Source: a bacterium | GTDB lineage: Bacteria; UBA8248; JACPRG01; G963555815 | Length of the DNA: 64,000 nucleotides | Assembly: GCA_965218795.1 (NCBI GenBank) | Contig: OZ244653.1 | Location: 352,001-416,000, forward strand | Direction: 5' to 3' | In this document: positions 20,392-30,075 of the stretch, one piece after another | Layout of the letters: each line of letters begins with the position of its first letter | Position numbering within the stretch: the first letter of the stretch is position 1 | Notes under the pieces: generated by a model | What the model saw: the letters and a program-made list of their open reading frames with translations, nothing else | What the model was told of the DNA's origin: nothing | The model's database searches: none | Translations under genes and position numbers: made by a program

Positions 20392-23037
20392 TCAACCCGT
20401 GTTCCGCATGCCTGCCGCTATGCCGTTGATGGTGACCAGCAGGGCGTTCTGGAGCTGCAGGTCGTCTTGGGAGGTACGGAGGCGGTGAAGCACCTCCACT
20501 TGAACGATGTTGATGGGGTCGACGTAAGGGTTTCTCACATCAATCGAACGCCGGAGGACCGGGTTGGTTTCCAGAAGGTGTTGATGGTCGGTCACTTCCA
20601 GGACGGCCTGAACCGTGTCGTGGAAACGTGCCCGAAGAGCCTCCCCAGAGGCCCTGAGCCCCCTGGGGACCAGACGCTCGTCGTAGCGGGCCGCGATCTG
20701 CACGTCCGCCTTGGCGAGTGCCATCTCAATGAGGTCGATCGTGGACCGAAAGAACGGCCAGTCTCGGTACATCTCCCGTAATCCTTCCCTGTTTCCATTC
20801 GCGATCGCGTCCTGGAGCACCTCGCCCACGCCGAGCCAGGAGGGGAGCATCAGCCGGTTCTGGGTCCACGCAAAATTCCAGGGGATAGCGCGCAACGAAA
20901 GAATCCCCTTGTCGGCCTTCCGGCGGCCCGGCCGACTCCCGATGTTCAGATGTTCAAACTCGCCCTCGGGCGTGGCGGCATGGAAATAGGCCGGAAAATC
21001 GGGGTCTTCGTAGACGACGTTCCGGTATTGTTTCATGGCCTTTGTCGAAAGCCTCTCCATCCTCTTTCTCCAGACTTCCGAAGGGGGCTTGGGAGGCACT
21101 AAGGTCGCCTCCGTTACGGCCGAGGTGTATATCTCGAGGGTGCGCAGGGCGATTCCCAGCAGGCCGAACTTGCTCTGAATGACCTCGCCTTGTTCCGTCA
21201 CGCGAAGCCGGGCGTTCACGGAACCGGGCGCCTGGGAGAGGATGGCCCCGTGGGCCGGCCCGCCACCCCGTCCAATGGTCCCTCCCCGACCGTGGAAGAG
21301 CGTGAACTCGACACGGTGTTTCCGGCAGGTCGCCACGACCTGTTCCTGCGCCTTGTACAACTCCCACCCGGCCGTGAGAAGGCCAGCTTCTTTGGCCGAA
21401 TCGGAATACCCGATCATGACCTGGACGTCGTCTTGGACCAGGGCCCGGTAGACCGGGATCGACAGCAGGCGATCCAGAGTTTTCTCTGCGGCACGCAGGG
21501 CATTCATGGATTCAAACAGGGGGACGACCTGCATCGGATGACGGATTCCGGTGTAGCGTATCAGGTACTCGACGGCAAGGATGTCCGAGGGCCGATGGGC
21601 CATGGAGATGATGTAAGAGCCCAGCGATTCCTGGTTGAGATTAGCGGCCACGAAGAAGGTCTCGAAAACATCGCGGACGTGATCCTCCATGTCAACGGTG
21701 AGCCGAGAGGGGGCAGGTCCCTGTTCGAGCTGTTGCACCAGAAACTCGGTTCGCTTCTCCTCATCCCAGGACGCGTAGGAGCCCAGACCCAGGGATTGCG
21801 TGACGGCGTCCATGGCTTCGGTGTGCCTTCCCGCTTCCTGGCGCAGTTCAAGTCGCACCAAGGATAGGCCGAAGCAGTTCAGCCTCCGGATCAGATCCAG
21901 CAGGCGCCCGTCGGCTATGATGCCTGCGCCCGTCTCCTGAAGCGAGCGATAGCAAAGTAGGAGGGGCTCCGCCAATTCGTCTGAAATTTCATAACCCTCC
22001 GAATCCAAACCCGTTTTATCCGCGATCTGCTTTTCCGCGTTCTCCAGGGTGACCTGCAGACGCCTCCTGACCTCGCGGAGCAGTGTCCGGTAGGGCTCCC
22101 GCGAGGCGCCGACGCGCTTTCGTAACTCGTCGCTGCATTTCACGAGGGAGAGTTCACCCAGTAGGGCCTGCACCTCCCGGGAGTACAGATCCGCTGCGAT
22201 CCATCGGGCCAGGCCGCAGACCTGCCGGGTCACCTCCGGCGTGACGTTCGGGTTCCCGTCCCGGTCCCCGCCTATCCACGAACCGAAGCGGATGGGCGCG
22301 GCGTGGAGGGGGAGGGGACTCCCTGTGTGCTTTCGCAGGCAGGTCTCCAGGGTACGAAGGAAGGCGGGAATTGCGTCCCAGAGGGTTTGCTCGAAATAAT
22401 ACAGTCCGCCCCGGGCCTCATCCAGGGGCGTGGGTCTCTCCCCTCGAATCTCCTCGGTCAGCCAGATGGAGAGAATGGTTCTCCGGATCCCCTCCAGCAG
22501 GCCCTCCCTCCGTGGTTCGGTCAAGTCTTGCCGGTCGAGCTCGCCGAGGGCGGTCGCGATCTGGTTGTGTTTTTGCAGGAGGGTTCTCCGCGTGATCTCG
22601 GTGGGATGACCCGTGAGGACCAGCTCGATGTTCAGCTTGCAGATGATGGAGTGCAGCCTCTCAGGGGGGATTCCAGAGGCAATCAGCCGGCCGAAGGACT
22701 CCTCACACGAGCCCGACTGGGGTCTTTCAGTGGAATCCCGCCGGTAATCCCGACGTCTTCGGACCCGGTGGTGCTGCTCCGCGATGTTGGCCAAATTCAG
22801 AAAATGGGAAAACGCCCGGGCCACGGAAAGCGCCTTTCCGACCGGAAGGGAGGAAAGAATCCCGATCAACCGGGCATTGTCTTCGTCATGTCCTTCCCGG
22901 GCCCCCTTGGACAGAGCCCGAACGGATTCAACGGTTTGAAACAGGTCATCGCCCTCTTGTCCGCGAAGGATATCACCCAACAAGGCCCCCAGGAGGCGAA
23001 CGTCACTGCGGAGCCGGGCATCGGTGGTCTGGTTCAT
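20392..23037 (-). CDS. ppc: Phosphoenolpyruvate carboxylase
   Basis: VLTGHPTE, SWIGGDRDGNP, VMIGYSDSAKEAG, FHGRGGTIGRGGGP, LRAIPW and C-terminal GMRNTG. Confidence 0.97.
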   Translation of the reverse strand: MNQTTDARLRSDVRLLGALLGDILRGQEGDDLFQTVESVRALSKGAREGHDEDNARLIGILSSLPVGKALSVARAFSHFLNLANIAEQHHRVRRRRDYRRDSTERPQSGSCEESFGRLIASGIPPERLHSIICKLNIELVLTGHPTEITRRTLLQKHNQIATALGELDRQDLTEPRREGLLEGIRRTILSIWLTEEIRGERPTPLDEARGGLYYFEQTLWDAIPAFLRTLETCLRKHTGSPLPLHAAPIRFGSWIGGDRDGNPNVTPEVTRQVCGLARWIAADLYSREVQALLGELSLVKCSDELRKRVGASREPYRTLLREVRRRLQVTLENAEKQIADKTGLDSEGYEISDELAEPLLLCYRSLQETGAGIIADGRLLDLIRRLNCFGLSLVRLELRQEAGRHTEAMDAVTQSLGLGSYASWDEEKRTEFLVQQLEQGPAPSRLTVDMEDHVRDVFETFFVAANLNQESLGSYIISMAHRPSDILAVEYLIRYTGIRHPMQVVPLFESMNALRAAEKTLDRLLSIPVYRALVQDDVQVMIGYSDSAKEAGLLTAGWELYKAQEQVVATCRKHRVEFTLFHGRGGTIGRGGGPAHGAILSQAPGSVNARLRVTEQGEVIQSKFGLLGIALRTLEIYTSAVTEATLVPPKPPSEVWRKRMERLSTKAMKQYRNVVYEDPDFPAYFHAATPEGEFEHLNIGSRPGRRKADKGILSLRAIPWNFAWTQNRLMLPSWLGVGEVLQDAIANGNREGLREMYRDWPFFRSTIDLIEMALAKADVQIAARYDERLVPRGLRASGEALRARFHDTVQAVLEVTDHQHLLETNPVLRRSIDVRNPYVDPINIVQVEVLHRLRTSQDDLQLQNALLVTINGIAAGMRNTG

Positions 23038-23331
23038 CGCGATCTAGGGCAATCGAGTTCGGTCTATGCCTGGACAGGCGGGAACAATCTCAATGACAGG
23101 CTATCGGAGGTTCGATCGGGAGGCAACTGACCTTTTATCTTGTTTCCGAGTCAGACTGGAAGGGGTAGGCTGTCTGAGGAAGAAAGGGGGTCGGCATGAG
23201 CAGGAAGAAATCGAAAACAATCGTCTCTGCCCGGCGTGTGTCGAGGTTCTGGCGGCGGCAGAGACGTCGCCGTCCTCGTTTCCTGAAAACGGACGGACCC
23301 GGGGCCCTGCCATCGGCGGCCTCGGAATCTG

Positions 23332-24138
23332 TCACCAGGCCAGCCAGCCTCCGTCCACTGGGAGGATGTGCCCGGTGACCAGTCCGGATGCCGCAGAGAC
23401 GAGAAAGATCGCCGCCCCCTTGAGCTCATCAGGCATTCCGATCCGCTGCATGGGCATCCGCTCGTTGACGTGCTCTCGAAAGGCGTCGCCCCAAAGAGGA
23501 GATTCCTCGCCCCCCAGGTCGGTCTTGAAGACGCCCGGGGCGATTGCGTTGACGCGAATCCCATCCTTCGCCCATTCCACCGCGAGCTGGCGGGTCAGAT
23601 TGGCGACGGCTCCCTTGGAGGCGGCATAGGCCGCCACGGGAAAGCTGGGGCCTGCCGCCAGTCCCCAAATCGAGCTGATGTTGACGATGCTGCCGCCTCC
23701 TCGCGCCTTCAGGTGGGGATAGACCGCTTGGCTGCACCAGAAAACACCGTCCAGGTTGATGGACATGAGGGTTCGCCAGTGATCGACCGGCATGTCCTGG
23801 GCGGGGTAGGGGCCGTTGTGTGTCCGGCTTCCAACGCCCGCATTGTTGATGAGGATGTCGATCCCCCCCAGCGAGTCGGCGATCTCGTTCATCGTGGAGA
23901 ACACGTCATCCCGATCCGAGACGTCCACGAGATGGAGGTGGGCGGCGTATCCTTCATCTTGAAGTGTCTGGACGCTCGTCCGGCCTTCTTCCTCCAGGCG
24001 GTCGGCCAGGACGACCTCCGCGCCCGCTTCAGCCAGCCCCGTGGCCATTCCCAGGCCCAGCCCCCTGGCGCCGCCCGTGACGATTGCGACCTTGCCCTTC
24101 AAACTGAAGATTTCAGGAAACGAATGCGGTGAGGACAT
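23332..24138 (-). CDS. SDR family oxidoreductase
   Basis: TGGARGLG, NNAG, YAASK (YxxxK), RVNAIAPG, VDGG. Confidence 0.93.
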   Translation of the reverse strand: MSSPHSFPEIFSLKGKVAIVTGGARGLGLGMATGLAEAGAEVVLADRLEEEGRTSVQTLQDEGYAAHLHLVDVSDRDDVFSTMNEIADSLGGIDILINNAGVGSRTHNGPYPAQDMPVDHWRTLMSINLDGVFWCSQAVYPHLKARGGGSIVNISSIWGLAAGPSFPVAAYAASKGAVANLTRQLAVEWAKDGIRVNAIAPGVFKTDLGGEESPLWGDAFREHVNERMPMQRIGMPDELKGAAIFLVSAASGLVTGHILPVDGGWLAW

Positions 24139-24433
24139 GGATGTTCATCCTTCCAGCCGTGGCTTGATGAATCGAGCGAGCTCGATTCGGGTGAATTGGG
24201 TCCACAATGTCTCTTTCCTCGAAGTATAGCGCATCGGACATCAGGACGGGCGCTTCATGTCTTTCTACGAATTCGCCATTCCCGATATGGCGCGGGGATG
24301 CCTGGTGCCGGTTGCGGGACACTGCGTTCGGTCAAGCGGATTTTCCACTTGGTCCATGAATGCGCCGGTCGATTGGACAATCAATTCTGCTACGCGTTAC
24401 ACTGCGTCATCACGTCACAGAGGAGGACATTGG

Positions 24434-25102
24434 ATGGTCATGGACAGTGCCGATTTCGCCAAGAAGATGATCAAGCGGGCGGAAGAATTCGCGGCGATCA
24501 TGCAGGACAACGTGTATCAGGACCGGACCCCTTTGTCCGAGGAGCGCACGATCGGCTTGCTGAAATCCCAAATGTACCGAGAGTATTATCTTGGCGTCCT
24601 CCCTCCCTCCAAACAACTGATCATGATCCCTGACTCGGAGGTGGAGTTGAAGGTTCTGATCACCCGTCAGTTGTGCGAGGAGTTTCTCCATTACCGGGTG
24701 CTCTCCGAACGGCTGGAGGAGATGGGAGCCAACGGGAGTTTGAGCGCGTATGACCCCCTCCCGCAGGACTTGGGCATGTACCGCCTCACCTTCGAGTATC
24801 AGACGCCCTGGGAAATTGCGGCCTCCCTCCAGGTCTTCGGCGAGACCATCCTGATCACGAGCCAGAAGTGGATGATCGATGTCGTCGATGAGCGGAGCGC
24901 AAAAATCATGCGGGACGAGATCCTGGTTCATGAGGGGACGCACGTCCGGAACGGGAGGCTGGTCCTGGAGAGGTACGCGACGACGGAAGACATCCAGCGG
25001 CGCGTGGAGGAGATTGGCGATATCAAATATCAGCAGATCTGCAAATCGTACGGTCTGTCCATGCTCAAGTCGTTCGACATGGCGGCCGGCCAGGGGGCCT
25101 GA
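24434..25102 (+). CDS. Ferritin-like diiron four-helix-bundle protein
   Basis: Ligand pattern E(YRE)...EFLH...E(FGE)...EGTH; AGGAGG RBS at 24421-24426, 7 nt before ATG. Confidence 0.75.
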   Translation: MVMDSADFAKKMIKRAEEFAAIMQDNVYQDRTPLSEERTIGLLKSQMYREYYLGVLPPSKQLIMIPDSEVELKVLITRQLCEEFLHYRVLSERLEEMGANGSLSAYDPLPQDLGMYRLTFEYQTPWEIAASLQVFGETILITSQKWMIDVVDERSAKIMRDEILVHEGTHVRNGRLVLERYATTEDIQRRVEEIGDIKYQQICKSYGLSMLKSFDMAAGQGA

Positions 25103-25117
25103 TAGCCATCCCGGAGG

Positions 25118-25783
25118 ATGAAGGTCATCGATGGAGGAGGCCGATTCATGTACAAAGCCCCGGACGATCTGGAAGATTACCTGAGAAAACTCTTTCGGGG
25201 GGTGCTGACAAACGCGCAGCGGCTGTCCAGGGACGCCGTGTCCCTGTTTGAGCAGGGGGGCTACCCGTCGGCTCAGTTCCTCGCGCTCAGCGCTATGGAA
25301 GAGATGGCGAAGCTCCAGGTGCTCCGGCAGCCTTTCATCTACGTCCGTTCGGAAGAAGATATGGAGAAAGCCCTCGGCGACCTGGCGTCCAGGCTCGCCG
25401 AGCATCGGGAGAAGACGACCACCTGGTTTCAGGCGGCTCCTTATATGGACGTCGAAGACCCCAAGGAGTGGGCTCACGTGGTGGATATGGTCTCCCGCAT
25501 GGTCCGAACCTGGGGCCGCGACGAGTTGATTCATAAGCGGCTGTCCAGCCTCAGCGTGGATTCAGACGTATCCGCCAGGGAGGTTTCCAGTCCGCCCGCT
25601 GCCGTGACGAGAGTCGATGCGTACTACTTCATTTGCGCCGCGCAGGAGATGATCGTCGATTACGGGGACAAAGCGGTGGACCCCTTCCCCCTTGAGGGCG
25701 CAGACCCGTTTGAGAGCTTTGAGCTATGGAAGTCGGCGGACGAGGCATTGAAGGACTTCATGCGCAGGCATGCTGTCCGCTGA
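25118..25783 (+). CDS. AbiV-family (HEPN) protein
   Basis: NAQRLSRDAVSLFEQGGYPSAQFLALSAMEEMAK, then H..K (EHREK), R..SLSVD and SSP, matching the recalled AbiV-family pattern; GGAGG RBS. Confidence 0.72.
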   Translation: MKVIDGGGRFMYKAPDDLEDYLRKLFRGVLTNAQRLSRDAVSLFEQGGYPSAQFLALSAMEEMAKLQVLRQPFIYVRSEEDMEKALGDLASRLAEHREKTTTWFQAAPYMDVEDPKEWAHVVDMVSRMVRTWGRDELIHKRLSSLSVDSDVSAREVSSPPAAVTRVDAYYFICAAQEMIVDYGDKAVDPFPLEGADPFESFELWKSADEALKDFMRRHAVR

Positions 25784-25958
25784 GCGAAGGCGGCCCGTCT
25801 GCGTTTCGTGCCGTCCCGATCGACAATCCATGACCCTTCCAGCCGGCCGGGTGCTCCGGCTTGGCCTTCCAACGACCGTCCGCTCTTGAACCGGCAGGTG
25901 AGAGCTTCCATTTCTTCTCGCACTTGGCGGCTCAGATGACCGGCAAGGATTTCTCTCG

Positions 25959-27521
25959 ATGAGCCCCATGCGGCCGATGATCGTTTGCAGGCGTGGCGCG
26001 GTGTCCGCGGGCGACCCACAGGCGGCTGCCGCCGGGTTGCGCGTCCTCATGGAGGGGGGCAACGCAGTGGACGCGGCCGTGGCCGCGGCTGCCGTGTTGA
26101 CGGTTGTCCATCCCCAAGCGTGCGGGATCGGCGGGGACGGCTTCATGCTCATCGGCGGGGAAGGGGGGGTGACCGGGATCAACGCCTGCGGACCCGCTCC
26201 TATGGCCACCGAGAAATCGTTGTATGCGGAAGAAATCCCTGAACACGGACCGCGATGCTCCACGGTCCCGGGTGTCGTGGACGGTTGGGCGAGGGCCCTT
26301 GCGGACTATGGAACCATGTCCCTCGCCGATGTTCTTGCGCCCGCAATCGACTTTGCCGAGGCGGGATTCCCCGTCCACCCGCGTTTCACTGAGTGGCTCA
26401 ATCGGAGCGGCGGGACTCTGATGGAGGGAGGCGCGCATGATTCTCCTTTCATGCCCGGGGGCGGGATTCCGAAACTGGGCACATTAGTCCGTCAACCGGA
26501 ACTGGGAGATTGCCTTCGCGCCATCTCAGAGGGAGGACGGGACGCCTATTACAAAGGGGAGGTGGCCCGACGGCTTGTCTCCGGGATTTGCGAAGCGGGT
26601 GGATATTTCTCCGAGGAGGATCTCGCATCCTACGCCTGCCGGGTCGTAGAGCCCCTAAGCGTCCCGTATCGGGACGTGACGCTCTGCCAGGTACCGCCCA
26701 ACTCCTGGGGCCTTCTGATGCTCATGCAGCTCCGCGTCCTCAACGGACTGGACGTGCCCGCTATGGGCCACAACTCGGCCCAACTGCTCCACTGGCTGAT
26801 CGAGACCCAGAGGGTCTGTTTCGCCTCGGGCCGGCCGCACATCGCCGACCCCGACTTTTCGGATATCCCTGTGGATCGATTGTTGTCAGAAGAACACGCC
26901 AAGGAACTTCGCGATTCGATTGATCCGCAAAGTGCGGGCGGAACGGCCCCGGGCGAGCCCAAGGGGGGAACGTCCTACGTCACGGCCATGGACGACCGGG
27001 GTCATGCCGTCTCACACATATTGAGCGTGTTTCATCCGTTCGGGTCGGGTTTTATCCCAAAGGGAACCGGAATTCTGATGAACAACCGTCTCTCCGGGTT
27101 CACGCTGGAGGCGGGACATCCCAACGAACTGGCCCCGGGCAAGCGGCCTGCTCACACGCTGAGCCCGGCGATGGCGGTGAAAGACGGAAGGCCCTTCCTC
27201 TCCTTTGGGACTCCCGGGGCGGCCGCACAAACCGTCACCCTGACTCAGCTTGTCATCAATATGGTGGATTTCGGGATGGACGTTCAGACGGCCATCGAGG
27301 CGCCCCGGTGGGCAGTCGACCGGGCGGGAAACCGGTTGGTCGAAGACAGGATGGACCCTTCCGTCCGGAATGAGCTGGAAGCCATGGGCCATGATTTCAT
27401 TCCCTCGGACAGCAGCCCCTTGATGTTCGGATCGGCCAAGATTGTGATGCGTGATCCCGAGACGGGGACGCTTTTCGCCGGCGCGGACTTCCGACGGTAC
27501 GGTTACGCGGTGGGGTATTAG
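25959..27521 (+). CDS. Gamma-glutamyltransferase family Ntn-hydrolase (YwrD/HpxW-like)
   Basis: GGNAVDAAVA, GIGGDGF, TVPG, GTSYVT (nucleophile Thr), PGKRPAHTLSP, GTPG, AIEAPRW. Confidence 0.9.
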   Translation: MSPMRPMIVCRRGAVSAGDPQAAAAGLRVLMEGGNAVDAAVAAAAVLTVVHPQACGIGGDGFMLIGGEGGVTGINACGPAPMATEKSLYAEEIPEHGPRCSTVPGVVDGWARALADYGTMSLADVLAPAIDFAEAGFPVHPRFTEWLNRSGGTLMEGGAHDSPFMPGGGIPKLGTLVRQPELGDCLRAISEGGRDAYYKGEVARRLVSGICEAGGYFSEEDLASYACRVVEPLSVPYRDVTLCQVPPNSWGLLMLMQLRVLNGLDVPAMGHNSAQLLHWLIETQRVCFASGRPHIADPDFSDIPVDRLLSEEHAKELRDSIDPQSAGGTAPGEPKGGTSYVTAMDDRGHAVSHILSVFHPFGSGFIPKGTGILMNNRLSGFTLEAGHPNELAPGKRPAHTLSPAMAVKDGRPFLSFGTPGAAAQTVTLTQLVINMVDFGMDVQTAIEAPRWAVDRAGNRLVEDRMDPSVRNELEAMGHDFIPSDSSPLMFGSAKIVMRDPETGTLFAGADFRRYGYAVGY

Positions 27522-27557
27522 GGCAGATACGGGGGCAGATACGGGAGGATCAGCTTC

Positions 27558-28721
27558 TTGTCCGCTTCATTGGACCCGGCGCGTCTTCTTGAAACGCTCA
27601 AGCGGCTCATCGCGTACCCCAGCCCCCAGCCTGACATCGAGAAGGTACGGGCTTTTATCCAGGAGTCGGTTCGTCCCGAGCTTCCCGTAGATGGCTTCGA
27701 TAGCGTGTTCCAGGATGCAGGCGGGAGCGTCGGCTGGTGGATGCAGGGCAGGTCCGGTGACGATCCGCCGCTCGTCCTCTGCGCCTATGCGGGGAACTTC
27801 CCGGCTGAATCCATGCCCGACCCTTATGGGCCGAAGGAAGTCGTCGGAGACTCCTATGGTCAGGACGGCCCGTGTATGTGGGGCAGGGGGACATGTGAGC
27901 AGATTGGGGCGCTGGCTTCGGCTATCGAAGCGGTCAGGACTTTTGTCGCCGGCCGGCCGGATTCCATGAGGCGGTCCCTTCTGTTCCTGGTCAACACGGC
28001 CGGAGAGACCGGGAGCCACGAGGCCGTATCGAGCTTTTTCGACGAGGCCGCCTTCGCCGGGATTGGCCCCGGCGACGCCGTCATCCTCATGGGGACGAAC
28101 AACGAAGTCTGCCTTGGGAACAAAGGGCGGGTTGATGTGCCCATCGAGATCACCGGCAAGGTCTGCCACAGCAGCACGCCCGATCTGGGAGTGAACGCCC
28201 TTGAGGCCTTGGCCGTCTGCATCGATCGATTGAAGGACGTGAAGCTGCCCCCGGCCGACCCGGACCTCGGCCCTGTCACGCTTGTGGCCACGGGCGCGGA
28301 GACATTTCCCAAGGCGAGCCACACGATTCCGGAGCGGGCGCTCGGAATGCTGGACCGCAGGCTGTTGCCCGGTGAAGAGCCGGAGCCCGCCGTCGAGGCG
28401 ATTCGGGAGGCCCTGGGCGGCCACTCTCCGGCCGGGCTCGATGTGCGGTTCGGGAAGTTCCAGTACGCCAACAAGGTTTCCGCGAGCGCGTCGCTTCCAT
28501 CGGCGGCGGATGCGGCGGTTCATTTCAGGCGGGGCGCTTCTCATCCTTACTACATGAATGCGGCCCTGGATGCCGGGTATTTCTACGTCCGAGGGCATCA
28601 GGCCCTCTGCCTCGGTCCGGGCGACATGGCCCTTGCACATACAGACGCCGAGATGGTGAGGATTCGGGACGTAATCGACGGCGCGGGGATCTATCTGGAT
28701 ATCCTGAAAGGGTTGCTTTAA
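27558..28721 (+). CDS. M20/ArgE-DapE-like hydrolase with divergent metal ligands
   Basis: WGRGT, GNKGR, GKVCHSSTPDLGVNA, LDRRLLPGE, GPGDMALAHTDAE; TTG start after GGAGG. Confidence 0.8.
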   Translation: MSASLDPARLLETLKRLIAYPSPQPDIEKVRAFIQESVRPELPVDGFDSVFQDAGGSVGWWMQGRSGDDPPLVLCAYAGNFPAESMPDPYGPKEVVGDSYGQDGPCMWGRGTCEQIGALASAIEAVRTFVAGRPDSMRRSLLFLVNTAGETGSHEAVSSFFDEAAFAGIGPGDAVILMGTNNEVCLGNKGRVDVPIEITGKVCHSSTPDLGVNALEALAVCIDRLKDVKLPPADPDLGPVTLVATGAETFPKASHTIPERALGMLDRRLLPGEEPEPAVEAIREALGGHSPAGLDVRFGKFQYANKVSASASLPSAADAAVHFRRGASHPYYMNAALDAGYFYVRGHQALCLGPGDMALAHTDAEMVRIRDVIDGAGIYLDILKGLL

Positions 28722-28770
28722 GGGGTGCAATCCGGCGGATAGGGTGGTTCAGGGTGGCTTTTTCCAATCG

Positions 28771-30021
28771 TTATTTCCTGACTCCCGATAAATTGAGCAG
28801 CGCGTGTAGCATGACGTTGGTTCCGGTCTCGATGTCCTTCCAACGGGAGAGCTCGTCCGGGCAGTGGCTCCGGCCGTTGACGCTGGGGATGAAGAAAAGT
28901 CCCGATGGCGCAAAGCCGGCCAGAACCTGTGCGTCATGACCCGCGCCGCTGTGCATGTCCCGCCACTTGGCGCCGACGGTGTCGGATCCCTTTTGCAACG
29001 CGCCGCGGACTTTTGACGACATCTTGACCGATTTCGCGGCCAGGGTCTGTTCCATCGTCATCTTGAGGCCGTGCTTCCCGGCGAGATCACGCAGATTCTC
29101 CCGGATGGCCTTGCGCATCCGCACCAGAACCGGCATGGAAAGGTCCCGCAGGTCCACTGTGAAGCGGGCGTGCCCGGGAACGATGTTGGACGCTCCAGGG
29201 CCTAACTCGATGTAGCCGACGGTGGCGACAGTGATGGGGGACCCGTGTTTCTCGACGAGTTTACGGAGCCCGGCGGCGAACTCTGCGGCGCCAAGGTAGG
29301 CATCGTGGCGCAGCCGGAAGGGCGTTGTTCCCGCATGGTCCGGCCGGCCCCGGAGGGTAACCTCGAACTTCCAAAGCCCGACGATCCCCGTGACGACTCC
29401 AATCTCATAACCGGTATCTTCCAAGACCAGTCCCTGTTCGACGTGAAGCTCGACGTAGGCGCGATAATCTTTCCGATGGGCGGCGGTCCTCAGGGATGCG
29501 GCGGGGGGAAAGCCGGCCTTCTTCATGGCCTCCGTGAGCTGGGCCCCTTTCGGATCGCGAGAGGCGTCGAGTTCGTCCTTCGTCAACACCCCGGTCATCG
29601 CCTTGCTGCCGAAAAATCCCCCAAACCTGCCTTCCTCATCGGTGAAGGCGACGACTTCAATGGGATGGCGGATGGCGATATCGGCCTCCTGAATCGTCCG
29701 GACGGCCTCGAGGACTGACAGGACGCCCAGAGATCCGTCAAACCGGCCTCCGTTGGGAACCGAGTCGATGTGCGAGCCGGCCAGGACGGCTGGTGCCGAT
29801 CGGTTCGAGACAACCAATCGGCCGAATATGTTCCCCGCCCCGTCGACCCGCGTTTTCAGGCCGGCGGCCTTCAGCCTGCTCAACAACCACTTTCTCGCCC
29901 GGAGCTCGTTCGGAGAGAAGGCCGGCCGGTGGACGCCGCCCTCAGCCGTCCGGCCGATTCGGGCCAGGTCTTCCAGATCCTTCCTGATCCGTTTGGCGTT
30001 GATGCGGAGGTTTGCCGTCAT
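28771..30021 (-). CDS. Allantoate amidohydrolase/N-carbamoyl-L-amino acid hydrolase family (M20)
   Basis: GSHIDSVPNGGRFDG, DEEGRF, ELHVEQG, HAGTTP, SGAGHDA, SHCPDE. Confidence 0.92.
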   Translation of the reverse strand: MTANLRINAKRIRKDLEDLARIGRTAEGGVHRPAFSPNELRARKWLLSRLKAAGLKTRVDGAGNIFGRLVVSNRSAPAVLAGSHIDSVPNGGRFDGSLGVLSVLEAVRTIQEADIAIRHPIEVVAFTDEEGRFGGFFGSKAMTGVLTKDELDASRDPKGAQLTEAMKKAGFPPAASLRTAAHRKDYRAYVELHVEQGLVLEDTGYEIGVVTGIVGLWKFEVTLRGRPDHAGTTPFRLRHDAYLGAAEFAAGLRKLVEKHGSPITVATVGYIELGPGASNIVPGHARFTVDLRDLSMPVLVRMRKAIRENLRDLAGKHGLKMTMEQTLAAKSVKMSSKVRGALQKGSDTVGAKWRDMHSGAGHDAQVLAGFAPSGLFFIPSVNGRSHCPDELSRWKDIETGTNVMLHALLNLSGVRK

Positions 30022-30075
30022 GAGGAAATTTCCTCCAGGGGCCGATGCGCGGGAGAGCCGCGGAGGGGCGCCCCG

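Noticed and set aside
22600-22630. PEPC motif TGHPT instead of TAHPT
   Set aside because: Conservative change; the catalytic His and all other motifs are intact.
27521-27544. 12-bp tandem duplication GGGCAGATACGG x2
   Set aside because: Only two copies with no spacers; likely replication slippage, not CRISPR.
27567-28730. 387-aa antisense ORF almost exactly overlapping the M20 gene
   Set aside because: No recognisable motifs; typical stop-poor shadow frame in GC-rich coding DNA.
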